Below are positions 13,760 through 35,537 of a stretch of DNA of 64,000 nucleotides, in pieces. Position 1 is the first letter of the stretch, and each line of letters begins with the position of its first letter. The notes beneath the pieces were generated by a model, which saw only the letters and a list, made by a program, of their open reading frames with translations, did not search any database and was not told the DNA's origin. Position numbers and translations under genes: made by a program. Source of the DNA: Bugula neritina (taxonomy: Eukaryota > Animalia > Bryozoa); NCBI GenBank assembly GCA_964035545.1, contig OZ037769.1, forward strand, positions 14,848,633 through 14,912,632, given 5' to 3'.

Positions 13760-14172
13760 CAGGGTTGGTAATTTGTAATTGTAATTGGTTGCAATTAATT
13801 ACATTTTTTTAAGTAATTGAATGTAATTTGTAATTAATGTATAAAAAAGTAATTGTAATTGTAATTAATTACATTGCTAATGTAATTGAATTTTACAATT
13901 TTTTTATAATTACATAACAACTACTTCAAATTTTTAAATCTTATAAGATTCATATTTTCCCTGCCTTGCCTACTGTTTAATAAAAAGTTCAGATTAATTT
14001 AATGTCATATTTATATTACCTTACTATAGTTACTGGTTTCAGTTGTCAAAATTGCCCCTTGTAGATGGACCCAAGAAAAGAGATTATATAACTTTTATTT
14101 GTCTCTTGTGAAAACAAAAGTAATTGTTATTGTAATTAATTACATTCATATGTTTAATTGACTCCAACCCTG
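13760..14172. mobile_element. hAT-like MITE (413 bp)
   Basis: Termini CAGGGTTGG ... CCAACCCTG; many internal GTAATT/AATTAC subterminal motifs; imperfect flank match atgcatac / (aa)ttgcatac. Confidence 0.75.
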
Positions 14173-14198
14173 AATTGCATACATTACTTTACTTGTAG

Positions 14199-20731
<6,533 letters not shown>

Positions 20732-22458
20732 TATAACATTTTGAAACTTGCAAGAAAATACATAATCTAATTTATTAGGCTACAGTAACAAGTATAACTT
20801 TATAATAGCATGTGCTTGTATGACCTTTGAACCCAAGTTACATATCAGGATTAATATAGGTAGCCTAACTTTTATACACAAACTTAATATGTTGTTTATG
20901 ACAGATTTACCACAAATTAGCGATGAACAAGAAAGTTTAACAAAACTCATTTTATATCATCATTTTATACTTTTGTGTGATACAATAATTGATATTATTT
21001 TTTATAATCACCTTTTGATAGTTTTAAAACTTGTTTTTTCTATTTTAATTTATTTAATAATTTGTAAATAACTTTTAGATTTGCTGTGAATAATCTTAAG
21101 AATTAAAATCATTTTGGACCTTAGCAGTATGCTCACTGCTAGAAATAATAAAACTACTTGTAAATATTGTAAATAATAACAGAACATTCTTGTACAAGTT
21201 ACTATGGTTACATGCCTCTGTGAAAGACAGTATGTTAATTTGTCATCTGAAATGTCAAATTCCAAATTTATATTTTGATATACTTTGCCAAATCAATCTT
21301 TAAGTGGTTACCCAGTATATTTGTGCATACTTTATAAAACTTCAAATACAGTAGAATTATATACTTTAAGACGATATTTTTATTAAGATAAAATACACAT
21401 AATTAGAAAGGTAAATGATTCTACAGAAGTAATTCATTGTTCTAAAATTAGATCATCGTCAGTTCTGGTTTCAATTCATGGAGGGTCAGGAAAACTTTAA
21501 TTGTTCTTGGATTACTTTAATAGTTCTCAAAACATATACTGCCAGCATGGTAAGGAGCACAGTCTTTAGCCCTCTTACAAATCCTTGTCATCAGGGGTAG
21601 AAACTTTGAAATAATTCTCATTCTCTTTGGATTTATAAAGTTTAAAATTTGAGATGAAATTTGAATTGTATTTTGGCTGCACCCATTAATTGAGTAACAT
21701 ACTCTGGTTTTTTGTTAGTTGTATTGTGCGCACACACAAAGATTTCTTTTATCAATTATTGAATTAAACTTCCAGTTATTTAACAATTTGTATTGATTTC
21801 CTAATGGGGTAACTACTTTATAAAATAGACTGTAAGTCAGCCGTATGATTACATTACTTGATGTATAGAAAGATAAGCTGTGTAAAAACAAGTCATTACA
21901 GAGTTAGTGCAAGTGAAGGTAAGAATGTGAAATGCTTATCACGCTGTTACATCATGCAGGTTTAATTGCATACATGTTAACTGACCAACATGCGAGGGCA
22001 ATAACTTTAGATAAGTAAGTTTACTCAGTGTTTTGATAAAAAAACAAGTTTGATCAGTGTTGTCACTTGCAAAGAGAAAGTTAACAGAGTTTGATATGGT
22101 CGAGTGATTTGTGATTGTGTAGCTGTCCTTTGCTTGCATGCTGAAACTATAAAAGTTGGTTTGCAAAAACTTGCTTTCCCAACGTCTATCAGAGAGTTAA
22201 ATTACAGGTAAGCTTTTATAAAAGACACATCTCAGAAATGGAGAGAAATAACTTTTGGTTAATAACTTTTATAGCTAAGGGCAAGGTTTTTAAAATGTGA
22301 TTTAGCTGTATATGAATACTAACTATAAAATGTGCAAGAGTATATGATTTGATATTATTATTTTATATATATACTACATATTATTGAGAAAGGAATTTGT
22401 ACATCTACATTATAGCCTACTACAAGTTAGTTTATTGCTACTTTTCATTTTGGTAGCA

Positions 22459-25400
22459 ATGGCGATCATTAAAGGACCTAAGCTAACTAAGGATAAAGGG
22501 TACTCTTGGGTTATAGTCATAACATCTTTTCTGTCTCACTTTGCCCACATTGGATTCAGTTTTGGAATTGCTGGTAACTTAACGATAGTTCACCAAGACT
22601 TCTTCAAAGTTGACTTACAGCAAGGGAGTCTAATTGGAACTGTACATATTGGAGTACTTTTTCTGTTTGGTAAGAGAGACTATAATTAGCAATAACTACC
22701 TAATCTACTAGATTAGCAATTGATAATTTTTTGAATAGAAATATGTAAGTAAAAAGTCTGAGCTAACATGCAAGCTTGAAAAAAATCTTCTATTTTAGCT
22801 AAAGAGCTATTATGTTAAGGAATCTTTCCACCATGTATTATAGCTTCAACATATGCAGTTTTCCTATTTAAATTTACCTGATACCATCATATTATGTCAT
22901 TTTATAAGTAATATAGGCATTATAATTACCATATTTTCTATAAAATGAAGTAAATATACTAAAACAATATAATAATATACGCCTATATAATGTAGTAAAA
23001 TATATAAATATATTCCATTCTGCAAACTCAGAAATAAAATTCTTTTATAGCAGGGGATATATGTTTACAAAAAACATCCAGTCTAAATTAGCAAGAAATT
23101 TGAGATCAACTATATCTATATTATTATTCAATAGTTTCAACTTGGTCGTCAGAAATTCTATATAATTTTAGTTACAGATTTTGTATGCATTTTTCAAAAC
23201 TACTTTATGCAAAATTTCTACCATTTGACAAAGTTTGGACGTGTAAAACATTGAAATAACTGCATGATTTTAACTAAAAGCATGAATATGACAAATTATA
23301 TGAAAAAATGTATTATGTAATAGCTTTACTTTAAAAACACTAGCTTGTATACATGCAGTGAAAATATCTTGCTTTCTTTACAAAGCTCAATATTTCAATT
23401 TGAACTGATTTTGTACCAATGCCCCATCACATTCAGGCAATATCCTCTAAGAGTATATAAGGCTATGAGAAGTGGCAAATGCATATGAAGTTATCTTCTC
23501 CTGGTTATTCTTCGACTTCTGTTCTGTATGCAGGTCCTGTAGCCTCTGTTCTTGTCACTAAGCTGGGTTGCCGGTTTACGGAGATCATTGGCGGTGCCCT
23601 TCTTCTACTAGGAGTTGGATTATCTGTGTTTTCTAGAGATCTATGGCATGCCATTGTCCTCTACAGCGTCGTAGCAGGTAACACATATACTGTTATAATA
23701 CAATATATATTTAGTATACTTAAATCATTCATTTATATATAGTATTTGAAGTTTGTATGTATTGCTGTTTAAGGTATTGGTCAGCATAGAAATCTGTGCA
23801 TTATTAGAGGAAGAAAAAGTTATTTTTATAAAATAGTTTTTCAACAAAACTCATTAATCTAAATGACAGATGAAAGCTGGATGCATCACATTAAATAGAC
23901 GCAATAACAATAACAATCGCACAATATTTTGCATTATCTGTGCATATACTGTGCATCTTCTCATCTAAATATTCTACATTCCTCGTATTATAAAAACATA
24001 TAAACTTTTTCAAACTATTAACTCTGTTATACTAGTATATATTGGCTTTTATAAACACAATACAGCTATCTATAAATGAATGCTATGCTGAGCCAAAGCT
24101 TTAAAATGCTATAAAAATATTTATTTAATGTCAAATTTACTAAACATTTCTTCATTATAATATATACATGCAAATATGTAATTTATTTGCCTGCCAAATG
24201 TATATTTTACATTCGTAAAATATTTTAGGTAATTATCATCAAATTTATATATTACAGAGTTCAATATCCTGCATCTGCTTGTAAAAGTGCCAGTATATTT
24301 GAATGTTTGATATAAACAGTAAATATTTGTTTCTAAACAGGTGTTTTTATTAATAGAAAAGTTGAAAGGAATTCAATTAATTTGTTGTGGCTAATAGGAA
24401 ACAATATATCAAAATATATGTGAATATATCTTCAATCTATCAAACCTTATGTAAGAGTATTGTGACAGACCAATAAACAATTGGCTCTACATAAACTAAA
24501 AGGCTTATTATAGTATAAATTTGATATATGTCTTATTCAAAAAAGTAAGAAAACATATAATTTATTTATTCTGCTAACCAAAAAGTATAAGCATATAAAA
24601 CTTATAAGTATATATACTATATGTTTATTGAAAGTGGGTTTGTTCTTTAAATAGAAAAAGCCAGTATTCTGAAACAAGATTATAGGAAGCTTAAACAAAT
24701 TACTAAAAATAACTTTTTCCCCGAACATTTGTGAGTAATTTGAGTTATATTTTACAACTTGCAGTTGAATTGTTATACAGCTATGATGATTTTAAGATAG
24801 CGATAAGGAATTAAATATTTGAAGTTATTGAGAAATGCCAATCCTTTTCAACTCAAGTAATGCAAATTTATTTTCAATTATCATCAAAATGTTGATGCTG
24901 AGGGACTGTAGTGTAGAGTAAAGTAAACATCAGCCGCAATCTCTACTCCTGGAAAAATCATATGGCCTCATAATTATTCAAGAATTTTAATGCATGCATA
25001 TAATAATCTACAGCGTGATAAATGAAAAGTTAAGGATTGCTGTACTTCAATAGAAATAATGATACATACGTGAACATTATGCATTTTGCGTTCTGTTGTT
25101 GTCATATCAACAAGCAGACATTGAGTATAATAAATCTATTTGTTAAATGAAATTTGTACTTAACATAAATACATGACTTTATTGCAGGCAAAATTGGCAC
25201 ATATATGTAAACTAGTTCAGCTATTTTTTGCCTACGTAAAGTAGATATTAAGCGTATAATCTTTATGAAGCGCAGAAAATGTTACTGCAGCAAGTTGCTG
25301 AGTCATACAGTACATAAACCATGCATCTGCATTTTATTTGAAAGCTGTACATATAGCTTTTTTTAAAGCTTGTATAACAACAATGCTATATATAATACAC

Positions 25401-27836
25401 CAGTATCTATTTTATACATATAGCCAGTAATTAGAAAAATAAAGCTAAAATGTATATGCAGCACAAAGCAATATTAAATGCCTAAGAATATTTCCCTGGT
25501 GCAGACATTTTAAAATTAATTAATCATTTAATTTAAAAACAGGTTAGCTATTTCTATAAAATGGCGAGCAGCTATCTGACACACAAGAAATTTGGCAGTT
25601 ATTATTAAAGAGAAAGTGTCATAGTCAGTCCATATAGGCCATATTGCAACATATGCACTGCTGAGAAGTATCGTGTTTGTCCATATAATATAAAGTGAGA
25701 GCAAAACAAATTTACAAGTACTACCCAATAAATTTCTAGTACAATTGAACTAAGTTAACTTTATTTTATATTATTATCACCTTTCAGGTTTTATAGTCAA
25801 TCTGTATATCTGTTTTTTCTATAATCATGCCAGATTATTAAAATCTTGTACTAGCTATTGCATACCCAAATCATGCATGAGCGCAAAATATATTCTCTTT
25901 TCATATAAGCTTCAAGTACCATGTTTGTTTTTAGGTGTTGGGATTTCTTGCTGCTATACTGCAAGTTCCCAAATATTGGCCATCTACTTTGACAAATTTA
26001 AGTACCTTGCGTTCTCTCTAGCGATGTTGGGAAATTATGTGGGTATAATGACATGGCCCGTTCTCTCCCAATTTCTACTCACCAAGTTTGGATACTCCCA
26101 GGCTATGGGCATCATGGCAAGCGCCCATCTACTTCACATCATAGCTGGAATATCTTTCTTTGAACCTAAAGAAGAAAGCTTACAAGGTAGAGATATAAAT
26201 TATTGCTTGTGGGAATAAATCTTTGTAAAGGGAATGACCTCTAATCAAATGTATGAGGCAACTCTATTGCAAAAACATCTGCTTCCACTGGAAGTGAAAT
26301 TATAGACATCCAAAGACCTCTGATGGCTATTGGCCAATCACAGCACTACATAGGTTTATGTGAAGATTATGACGTATAATAAAGTCTATAAATCAACTCT
26401 GTATGACTAAAGACTTGGTAGCCTGTCTTTTTCTAGAAATGGATGTCACTTAGGATTTGGTACACTTTACAGCTACATGGACACATATAGATTTACTTAA
26501 CAATTTGAAAGCTGCTATAAAAATATTTATATATTTAAAATATGCAAATTGCTGTATTTTATTGCAACCCAAATCTAGCAAGTCATACCCCTATTTGCAA
26601 GTCATACTCCTATTTACTACTATTTTACTGTGATTTCTTTGAGTTTGACCAAAACTTATAATGTCGAGTCTACCACTAATTTGCCGATTCTTCATTCAAA
26701 CTTGTTATAGAACAATTTTCTTATATTTATATCACAACATTTTACTTTTCAAAGGTGCCGACAACTCCGACATTATCATGTCTGAAAAATCTAAGCAGGA
26801 AGCGGATGAGAGTTTGGGTAAAGATAATTTAGCGTTGGAACTTAGTAAGGTAAGGTGAGGGTGATTGACTGTAAATCAACCTACAAAATAGCTCTTGTAT
26901 GTATAGAGTATAGATACATGAATAAGTACTAAACTGCTAAAATAGCATCAAGGTTGTGCACGTATATGATTTTATGTTTTAAATATAATATTTTTTGATG
27001 ACAGGAAGTGGCAACGAATAACATTGAAGTAAATTATTATTGCTGAAGTACATATAATATTTCAGGTATGCAACACAGCTTTCAGCTAATACAAATATTT
27101 AACTAGGTTTGTACAAAATTTGAATTTAGGAGGATATTTCAAGGAACAACAACTCCGAATATCAGAGCAACATTGCTGATGTAACTCCAGATACGAGCAG
27201 TGAACCAACACCAGATCTAAAGACTGATTTCATTGGCTTGCTAAAGTCTTGGAAGGTATAAAACATCTCGTAAAATATAAGAACTAATTTTAGTTGTGGC
27301 TTATAGCAAATTTAAAGTAACACTGTAGCTATTCTTGGTTGAGTCACTGGAGTTGTCTTTCCCTGCAGAAGTAAATGCAAATAGTCTATTTAGGCAGCAA
27401 ATATAGCAAAATAATTAATTTCGTAAAAAGCTGTTAATGAAAACTTCATTACTATTTATGATAAAACCTAAAAATTTTATATTGCCAAGAAAGCAGCTGC
27501 TATTTACACTTATACTTGCACAGATGGTATATTTGTAATTTAATTAAATATAATTGTATTTAATTTCAGTCAAGATCACTGTTTTAAAGGCAATGACAGC
27601 CTATATCATAACCATATTTGGTTTTGACTGATTTTTTTTATATTTGTTAAATATTAATATTGAATATTATTAGATTTGGCTGTTAATGACTAATGGGCTA
27701 CTCTGGAATGTTAATTCTGCTGGATTTCTAATATTGGTGAATGACTACATAGTTCAGAATACTAGTATGAATACAGATGAGGCAGCTTTTGGAGTAACTG
27801 TGATAGGTAATAACACAGTTTATTTTATATATATAT

Positions 27837-27911
<75 letters not shown>

Positions 27912-30900
27912 TGTATATATATATAATTGGAAAAAACATTTTCCAACTTATGGGAAAAGGGAAGGGGTAATATTGAACAGAGTATCAATGGCATGCGAAA
28001 TTGACACGGGTGTCTCAAACTGTCTTGTTTGATATATCATATTGCTAATTAGTAAGAAAATATGCTTTAAAAAATCAGTATTCATATATAGAAACTATAA
28101 AGTTTCAGTATAACAAACTTAAACAGTTTATCATCATGCTTGCAGGTATAGCTAACATAGTCGGGTGTGTCTCAGTTATTCTCACCAGTTCTCTCAAATT
28201 TAACCGACTTCTTCTGTACTTTTCTTCCGTGGCATTCTTTGGAGCAGCTGCCATTGTGGCATCTTTTACTAATAGCAAGGTATATATAATACTATAGTGT
28301 AAAGTAGTATGTCACTTTTGTAGCAACATAGTAAGCTCAGTCTGTGTAGTAGGAAAGTAACGAGAAAACATATTGCTTCAGTTTTACACTCTCACACTTT
28401 GAGCTCGTTTTAATGTATTATATATAGCAACATTTATTTAGATATCTATAGCTTATATTGTTTTGCTTATATTTTATCTTATATGTTTATAAGATAAAAT
28501 ATTTCAAAAAAAGTTTAATTAAGAAATAGAAAAATAGGAGGATGGAGCCCATTTATTGTCAATACTAAAACTAGTGGATGGGCTGGCCCAAAATGGTTAG
28601 CAGCTCAAAACTCACTGTTTTATAGAGTTTATATATAGTCGCCATCTTTCTGAGAAACCCTGATAGTTCAATGGTTTTTCTTAACTTGGGCTAAAGACAT
28701 ATTCATTATATAGGGCACAAAAGCAATTATGACTGGATGCTCTTCCTAACATCACCAATGGCCTTTGTTGGGTTCAAACCCATGACTTCGTGCTTACTAG
28801 GCCAGCACTCTAACCTCTAGACCACTCCTGTTCCCTCCAAAATCATCAGCAGCTGATTAGTTAATCACAACTTCCAGTAAGAAGGATACACTTAACACCT
28901 GCCCTGGATGCCCTGAGATCAGACAGATTAATTAGATCAGGTTTTACCCTGTTCCATACCCTAATAGCTGTACTTTGTTAACCTGCAGCTGTATATAAAG
29001 AAGTAACAGGAAGATGGGATAATAAGAAATGGTAGAGGCTTACCCCTTAACCATGAAGCAATCTATATACTGTGTTTGCAGTGCTATTTGGTTTTATGCT
29101 AGTTCATGGAGTTTAATATTTATAATTATTAAATAATAATGAGTAATTATTGGTATCTCACAGTCATTAGCTTATTGAGATTAACCCAGTTTGCTCTGAG
29201 CCAATAGGAAGACCCCATGCAAGCTTTTGATCTGGTATAAACAAATAACAGTTATCTATTCAAGTAAATAAGCTTTATGAAAAATATTACTTAGCTTTAA
29301 TAATAATCTTTATTATTGTAGCAAAGCTGTTTATCAACAAATCAAATAATTAATAGCTGGCAAAAAATCTATCAATGTTGGGACATTAAATGAGCTTAGA
29401 AAGCCTGTTGAATAATTACAGCTTTACGTTTATTATTATATTATAGCTATGTTAGCCACATTATGTTTCTTTCTCTATATTGTGATACAATGATTTTATC
29501 TACTACTAAATAGCTATGTTTTAGACTGTTTTAAAACCCAGCACTTTTTGTTATTCACTCTCTTTTCTCTTTTCTTTCAGTCTTCAATAATAAACATACA
29601 CTTATATTATATTAAAATAAAACATTTTTAAAGGACATGAATAACGTATGATTCTAACTAACGTGAACTTATTTACTTTAAAGTAAAATGTAAATGTAAA
29701 ATGTTAATTTTAGTTTGCATAATATTTTCTACTTCAGCTTGAGTTTTAATAAACTTTTATTGCATAAATAAGTCATTTGGCTTTTTCAAGTTCACCAAAC
29801 TTGTTATAGTCCATCTTTCACTACGATTTCTTGACTTGGTGAATATATAACAATGCCGGTTTTAGCTCATTCATTGTTAGCTGTAAAAACCTACACATTT
29901 AAATCCCGTTCCAATAGCTGGGATTATATTGCCAAGCTATTGTTCATTTGATCATCAGATAAAAATTGCGTATAATCCCTTGTATAACAGTAGGTACCAA
30001 GTCTACTGTGACTAAGCCGGCATGCAGTCGAAGAAAAGAAATGAATACAAGAATATGCTTAGTATAGAGCTATAGTTGTAGGTCACTGCCGGAAATTTTG
30101 ACAGAAATCAAGTGAATTTTTTTCTAGTATATAGTTTTACTGCATGTGAGTTATTTACATGTATTTATGGAAACAAAATATGTTTCGTATTTCCAAATAA
30201 AATTTCAGTCTTGTGTCATTTTTAGGAGATGTATTACGGTTTAGCAGCTTGTTGGGGATTAGGACAGAGTATTACTATAGCTAGTCTACTTGGAGTAGTC
30301 AGTGATTTGTGTTCTGCCAGTCAACTACCTTTACTGTTTGGTCTTCAGTTACTAGCTGAAGGTATTGGAGGAATAGCTCTGGTACCTCTTGCTGGTAGGT
30401 AATTGGTTTCATCACAGATAGACGCTTCCCAGTTAGATGCTATAGGCTAAATTTCCCACTTGGACGCGTCCCACTTATATATAGACACTTTCCAGTTAGA
30501 CGCTATTTTTTATTTTTTTTGTTTTGGTACCTGTAATAATTTATATTATGACCGTTGTATTGATTGCTAAATAGCTAATATGTTGTAATAGCTGTAATAT
30601 AGCTAATAATATAAAGTATTTAAAATAATAGCCCACTTTTCATGGGTTTTGTGGAGCAAAAAACAATATACATTAATAATAGACATTACTTTTAATGAAT
30701 ACTTATTTCCAAAATATTTTTTCACACAACAAGAAGTATAGAATATGCAAAATTAAAAAATTAATGCAGATCAAATATGTTTATTTGTGTGCTAATATAG
30801 CAAACAATTGATCCAATTTTATTTAATTATACAAATATTTTAATAATATTCAAATAGATTGCACATAAAATACATATTGTACCAAAATAAATAAATAGCG

Positions 30901-31952
30901 TCTATCTTGAAACGTCTATGTGGAATGACACCAGGTAATTAACTGCCCGGCAATCTTATTGTCTTGTGGATTTGTGGCTTAAAACTGCTATAGGCATACC
31001 TATAAAATAGACATTATAAGGTGTATTTGCGCTTTGTTTTGCGTTAAAGGTAATGAAACTGTGAAAATGCATTATAGTCATTTTATTTATTTAAGTCATT
31101 AAAAAGGCTGTAAAGTAGCTGTTTTATAAGTGATTATTATACTATGATGTTCTTAGATAAGCCTGAAACTTGCAAATGAGTGTTGTAATACTGTGACTAC
31201 GCAGTTTTTTTGTTTAAAATATGAATCCGGCTTTTTATGTGCATATATACATGAGTAAAATGTAGCTTTAAATATTAAGTGCTTTCTATAACAAAGATTT
31301 ATTGATAGAGTTTAATAAATTTTATATAATTGTGCAGACTTGAATGAAAAGATTTATGTTGAAAGAGAATCGTAAAATAAACGTTTTGAGCATTATAAAA
31401 CTTGTCTTTATATAGCTTTATTTTGCTGCAAAATACTTGTTTATATATACTACTTTTTATATCTTTGTCTAAATTTGAGAAAAATAGGCATTGATATAAT
31501 ATAATATAATATGATATTATATTATATAATATAATACAATATAATATAATATTTTATAATATAGTATAATATAATATAATATAGTATAATTTAATATAAT
31601 ATAATATTATATTATATAATGTAGTATGATATAATATAATATAATGTAATATAGTATATTATAATATAATATAATATAGTATAATATAATATAATTTAAA
31701 ATGATATGTTGTGAAATAATATAGAACGATATGATATACAGTAAATATTGATAGCTAATATAATCATCATTTATTCACTCTGTATTTAGCGATGACATGC
31801 TTTATGTTTTAGCATACATTGGAGAAGCTACTGGTGAAAGATATGGAATAATATTTGTCGGTAGCTGTGGAGTTTTAGGAGCTTTGGCTATACTTCCTGT
31901 AGTTGTACTCAGTTTTAAGAAAGGAAAGAAGACCTACTCAGTCAGCAGTTAA
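22459..31952 (+). CDS. SLC16/MCT-like MFS transporter, paralog 1 (intact, 467 aa; TM11-Glu type)
   Basis: Exons 22459-22669, 23534-23677, 25935-26186, 26755-26849, 27130-27255, 27674-27806, 28146-28279, 30226-30394, 31813-31952 (1404 nt, open). SLC16 signatures: DKGYSW (cf. DGGWGW), GPVASVLVTKLGCR, YFDKFKYLAFSLA; 12-TM layout with an acidic central loop. Confidence 0.92.
27825..27925. repeat. Interrupted (TA)n microsatellite
   Basis: ~100 nt TA tract in intron 6 of paralog 1. Confidence 0.95.
28731..28834 (-). mobile_element. tRNA-derived SINE, family 1
   Basis: gactggatgctcttcctaacatcaccaatggcctttgttgggttcaaacccatgacttcg...ctctaacctctagaccac aligns with 19361-19465. Confidence 0.75.
30405..30932. 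mobile_element. MITE (528 bp) with ~38-bp imperfect TIRs and an 8-bp TSD AGGTAATT
   Basis: Left end ggtttcatcacagatagacgcttcccagttagatgctat; right end reverse-complemented ggtgtcattccacatagacgtttcaagatagacgctat. aggtaatt occurs at both 30397-30404 and 30933-30940. Confidence 0.85.
31493..31697. repeat. (ATATA/ATAAT)n pentanucleotide microsatellite
   Basis: ~40 imperfect 5-nt units. Confidence 0.9.
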
Positions 31953-34900
31953 TTGATTTACATTTGTTTATTTCTTTTTATCAGATTTATTTACATTATT
32001 AAACAATAATTACAGACAATTAAACGCTGATTCAAAATTTATAAATAAAATTCTATGTTAGAGCTTCAGAGACCAAAAGTTTGAGAAACTGCATTCAACA
32101 AATAACTATTTTGGACCTCTGTTTTACATTCATTATTATTTTATTTACGTATATATGGCTGTTTACCTTTTGCATCACTATGATCAATTATTCTAAATAT
32201 AAGTAATAAATCAAATTTTAGGTTATAGGTAGCTTTTCCAGTGAAGCACAATTGTTGGACACAATATTACAATAAAAAATTGTTACTAAAAGCAAAAGCT
32301 TATGTCCTGAAAGCATACCACTCTATATAACCCACACTGGAGGATATATAATTATTTCTAAAGATATTATATATTGTGCAGGTGTTTAGAAAAATTTACC
32401 GTGTGATCTCATGAAACTTTAAACAATTTATAGTATAAACAATAAAATATATAGATAATGACTAAATCAGCAATGAGTAATTGTTCTATTTTTGTATCAA
32501 TAAGTTATTGTATAAAAGCTATTGCAACTTTTACCAGGGTAAAGACAATATTGCAATTTTTGTAAAGTTATTTCCACACATCACAACAAACCGTGCAACT
32601 TATATTTATATTATTTTAAGTAATAAGACTAAAAGGCTCTTTCGATTTTGCACTCAACATATTGAAAAAAATATTCTACCATGTAGAAATCTTATTGTTT
32701 GCATAAAGCACCATGTTCACTAGCATAAAAAAGAAATAGGAAATAAATTTCAGAGTTAGATTTTTTCTATCCCAACTTTGCACGTGGCTTGGAATAGTTT
32801 AATTAGACCTCAGAGTGATTTTGGTGTTTTAGTCATGACATTGTGCAGTTCAATGACTCTTGGCCAATGAACGTTAAGCAGTATGGGATGCTTGGTCATT
32901 GTATAAACTATTCTTATAAACACACGCCAAGAACAACTCATTATAGCTTTATTTTCAGCTTTATTTTTCCGGTTTTTGCAATATTATATTGCACAAGGAA
33001 AAAAACCATAGCGAGATATCGTTTGCACACAGTGAATTGCCAGCTTTACCAGATTCTATAACTATGAAGGGCCAAATACTCAAATATTTACGCTACTCAT
33101 TTTCTTATCTTGAATAACATTTGCTTACAACCAAACATTTATTCATAACTTTTCCTCCTACTATGTTTACAGAAGTCTGGTATAGAAAAATAGCATGCTC
33201 TCACATCCTCATAGTTTATGTTCTTAGGTCTATTGTTTGGCCCTAATCTGTTTTTAATCATAACTTCCTTGTAAAATACCCTTATTTTCATAATGCTCAT
33301 TGTTCAGTGTCATACCTCTATCCTTTTCCTTGTTATACATGCTGAGCCTGCTTTAAATTTTCATACAGATAGATGTTTTATTTGATGCGTGGAGACTTGC
33401 AGTGTAAATGAATAAAGTCAAACCTGTATACTGGACAGGACTAAATTTTAGTGGTTCATGCATGTGACGGCCGATAATAGTTACTGTATCAGCTGAGAAT
33501 TGTTGCTGCGTCAGCACGGATACTGTTTGGCACGAATGCCTATGTATTGTGATTCACTTAATGAAGGGTGAATGGATGGAGGACACTGATGCAGGCCACA
33601 ACTCTATTTTTTGTCTATTGCCAACAGTATAGTTTCTAAAATTATAGACTTAGACTTAAGGTCACATTCATACTTAGACTCATACTCATACTGTAACCTA
33701 TAAAAATTACAAACATCTTGTTAACTTAACATTAATTACATAGCTGACAAAACATTTAGTTAATGAAGTTCAAAACAAAAGATAATATAATACTTGATAC
33801 TTACAACTATTTTGACAATTAAGTATAAATTGCCTGCATCTTTAGCAGGAGGAAAATTGAGTTACATTGACTCATCGAACAAAAACTGTCAGTATAAATA
33901 CATGTAGCTATCACGAAAGCTTTCACAAATAGCTTTCGTTACACAATGGTTTTTGGAAAGCTTCCAAAAAGCTACTGCAACAATGCATTAGAATAACCAC
34001 CATCTGCATGATGTGAAAAAGAGGATCAGCTAGTGCATGTGATCCAATTGATTCAATCGAATGAAAGTTTTAAAATTAGAGATCAACACATTTGGCGCTT
34101 AGCTTCATAATTATAAGACAGAAGCAATACCTTTAAACAGAAAATATAAGTTTTAACCTATCGCTAAACTGCAGTTCAATTAATAAATTCAATTATTTAT
34201 TTACCCTTAGATAATTACTAATCATCATGATTCAATATAAATTTGATGCATGCCAAAAAGTTCTATAAGGGCTTAAAATTAATTGACAGCTATATAAAGT
34301 TTTATTTTGAAAATGGCTAGTAATCTTTTACAGTGTAAAAAGTTATTATAAGCTGTGACGCCTATTTTAATCTTAAATATATAATGCAAGCCGAAGCGCA
34401 GTTGTCAAATTAATTTTGGTAAGTAAAAAATTAGTTTAGCAAAAAACCAATCCAAGTGAGTAACGTGGAAGTACAGTGAAGCATTTCCTGATTCAGAAGC
34501 CACACCCCTATTAATAACTCTTGTACGCATACCCTGACACTGCAGAATTTGAGTCTGTATCAGCCTATTGGCTTTCATAGACTATATAGAACCGCCTCAT
34601 TTTATCAAAAGTGTCACTAAGAATTACAATGCCTCATAATTAATGCCTCATAATTAATGCATTCAGTTGATCATTTTTCATCTATATCACTCCAGTGAGT
34701 AAGCAAGTCTTACCATAACTGTGGCGGCTAGATTTTATCTTGCGTAAAGTGCAGCTAAAGCATTATAAGGCAGAATAATGGCTTACAGATACTTCATTTC
34801 AAGCATACCAAGTAAAACAATGAGATTTTTGAATCATTTCATTTCATATACTTTATGAGCTCACAAATATTTAGTGCATTAATACGCCATTTCCTTGACT

Positions 34901-35208
34901 TTATGGCCAATGATCATGTATTTAGGGAAAATCAAATATATTATGATTGGGTATTTGCAGGTGTTATTGTTTATGTATATCTGTAGAGTATTATATAGCA
35001 CAGCAAAAATAAGTAAACATTATTTTCATAAATCAGCTGTTTTAGATTCAATGTTTTTCATAACACGGTACCATTTTCCAGGTTAGTTTAAGCTGGTAAT
35101 AATAATGCCTGTCTATAATATATACAGTAACTCAATTCCAGCATCAATTATATGTTTAAAATGAACAGCAAAAATTAAAGGACTACATAGGTCAAAATAT
35201 CTCACACA

Positions 35209-35537
<329 letters not shown>

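Noticed and set aside
33870-33975. Hammerhead ribozyme
   Set aside because: Three-way fold present, but the CUGANGA and GAAA core segments are not in the junctions on either strand
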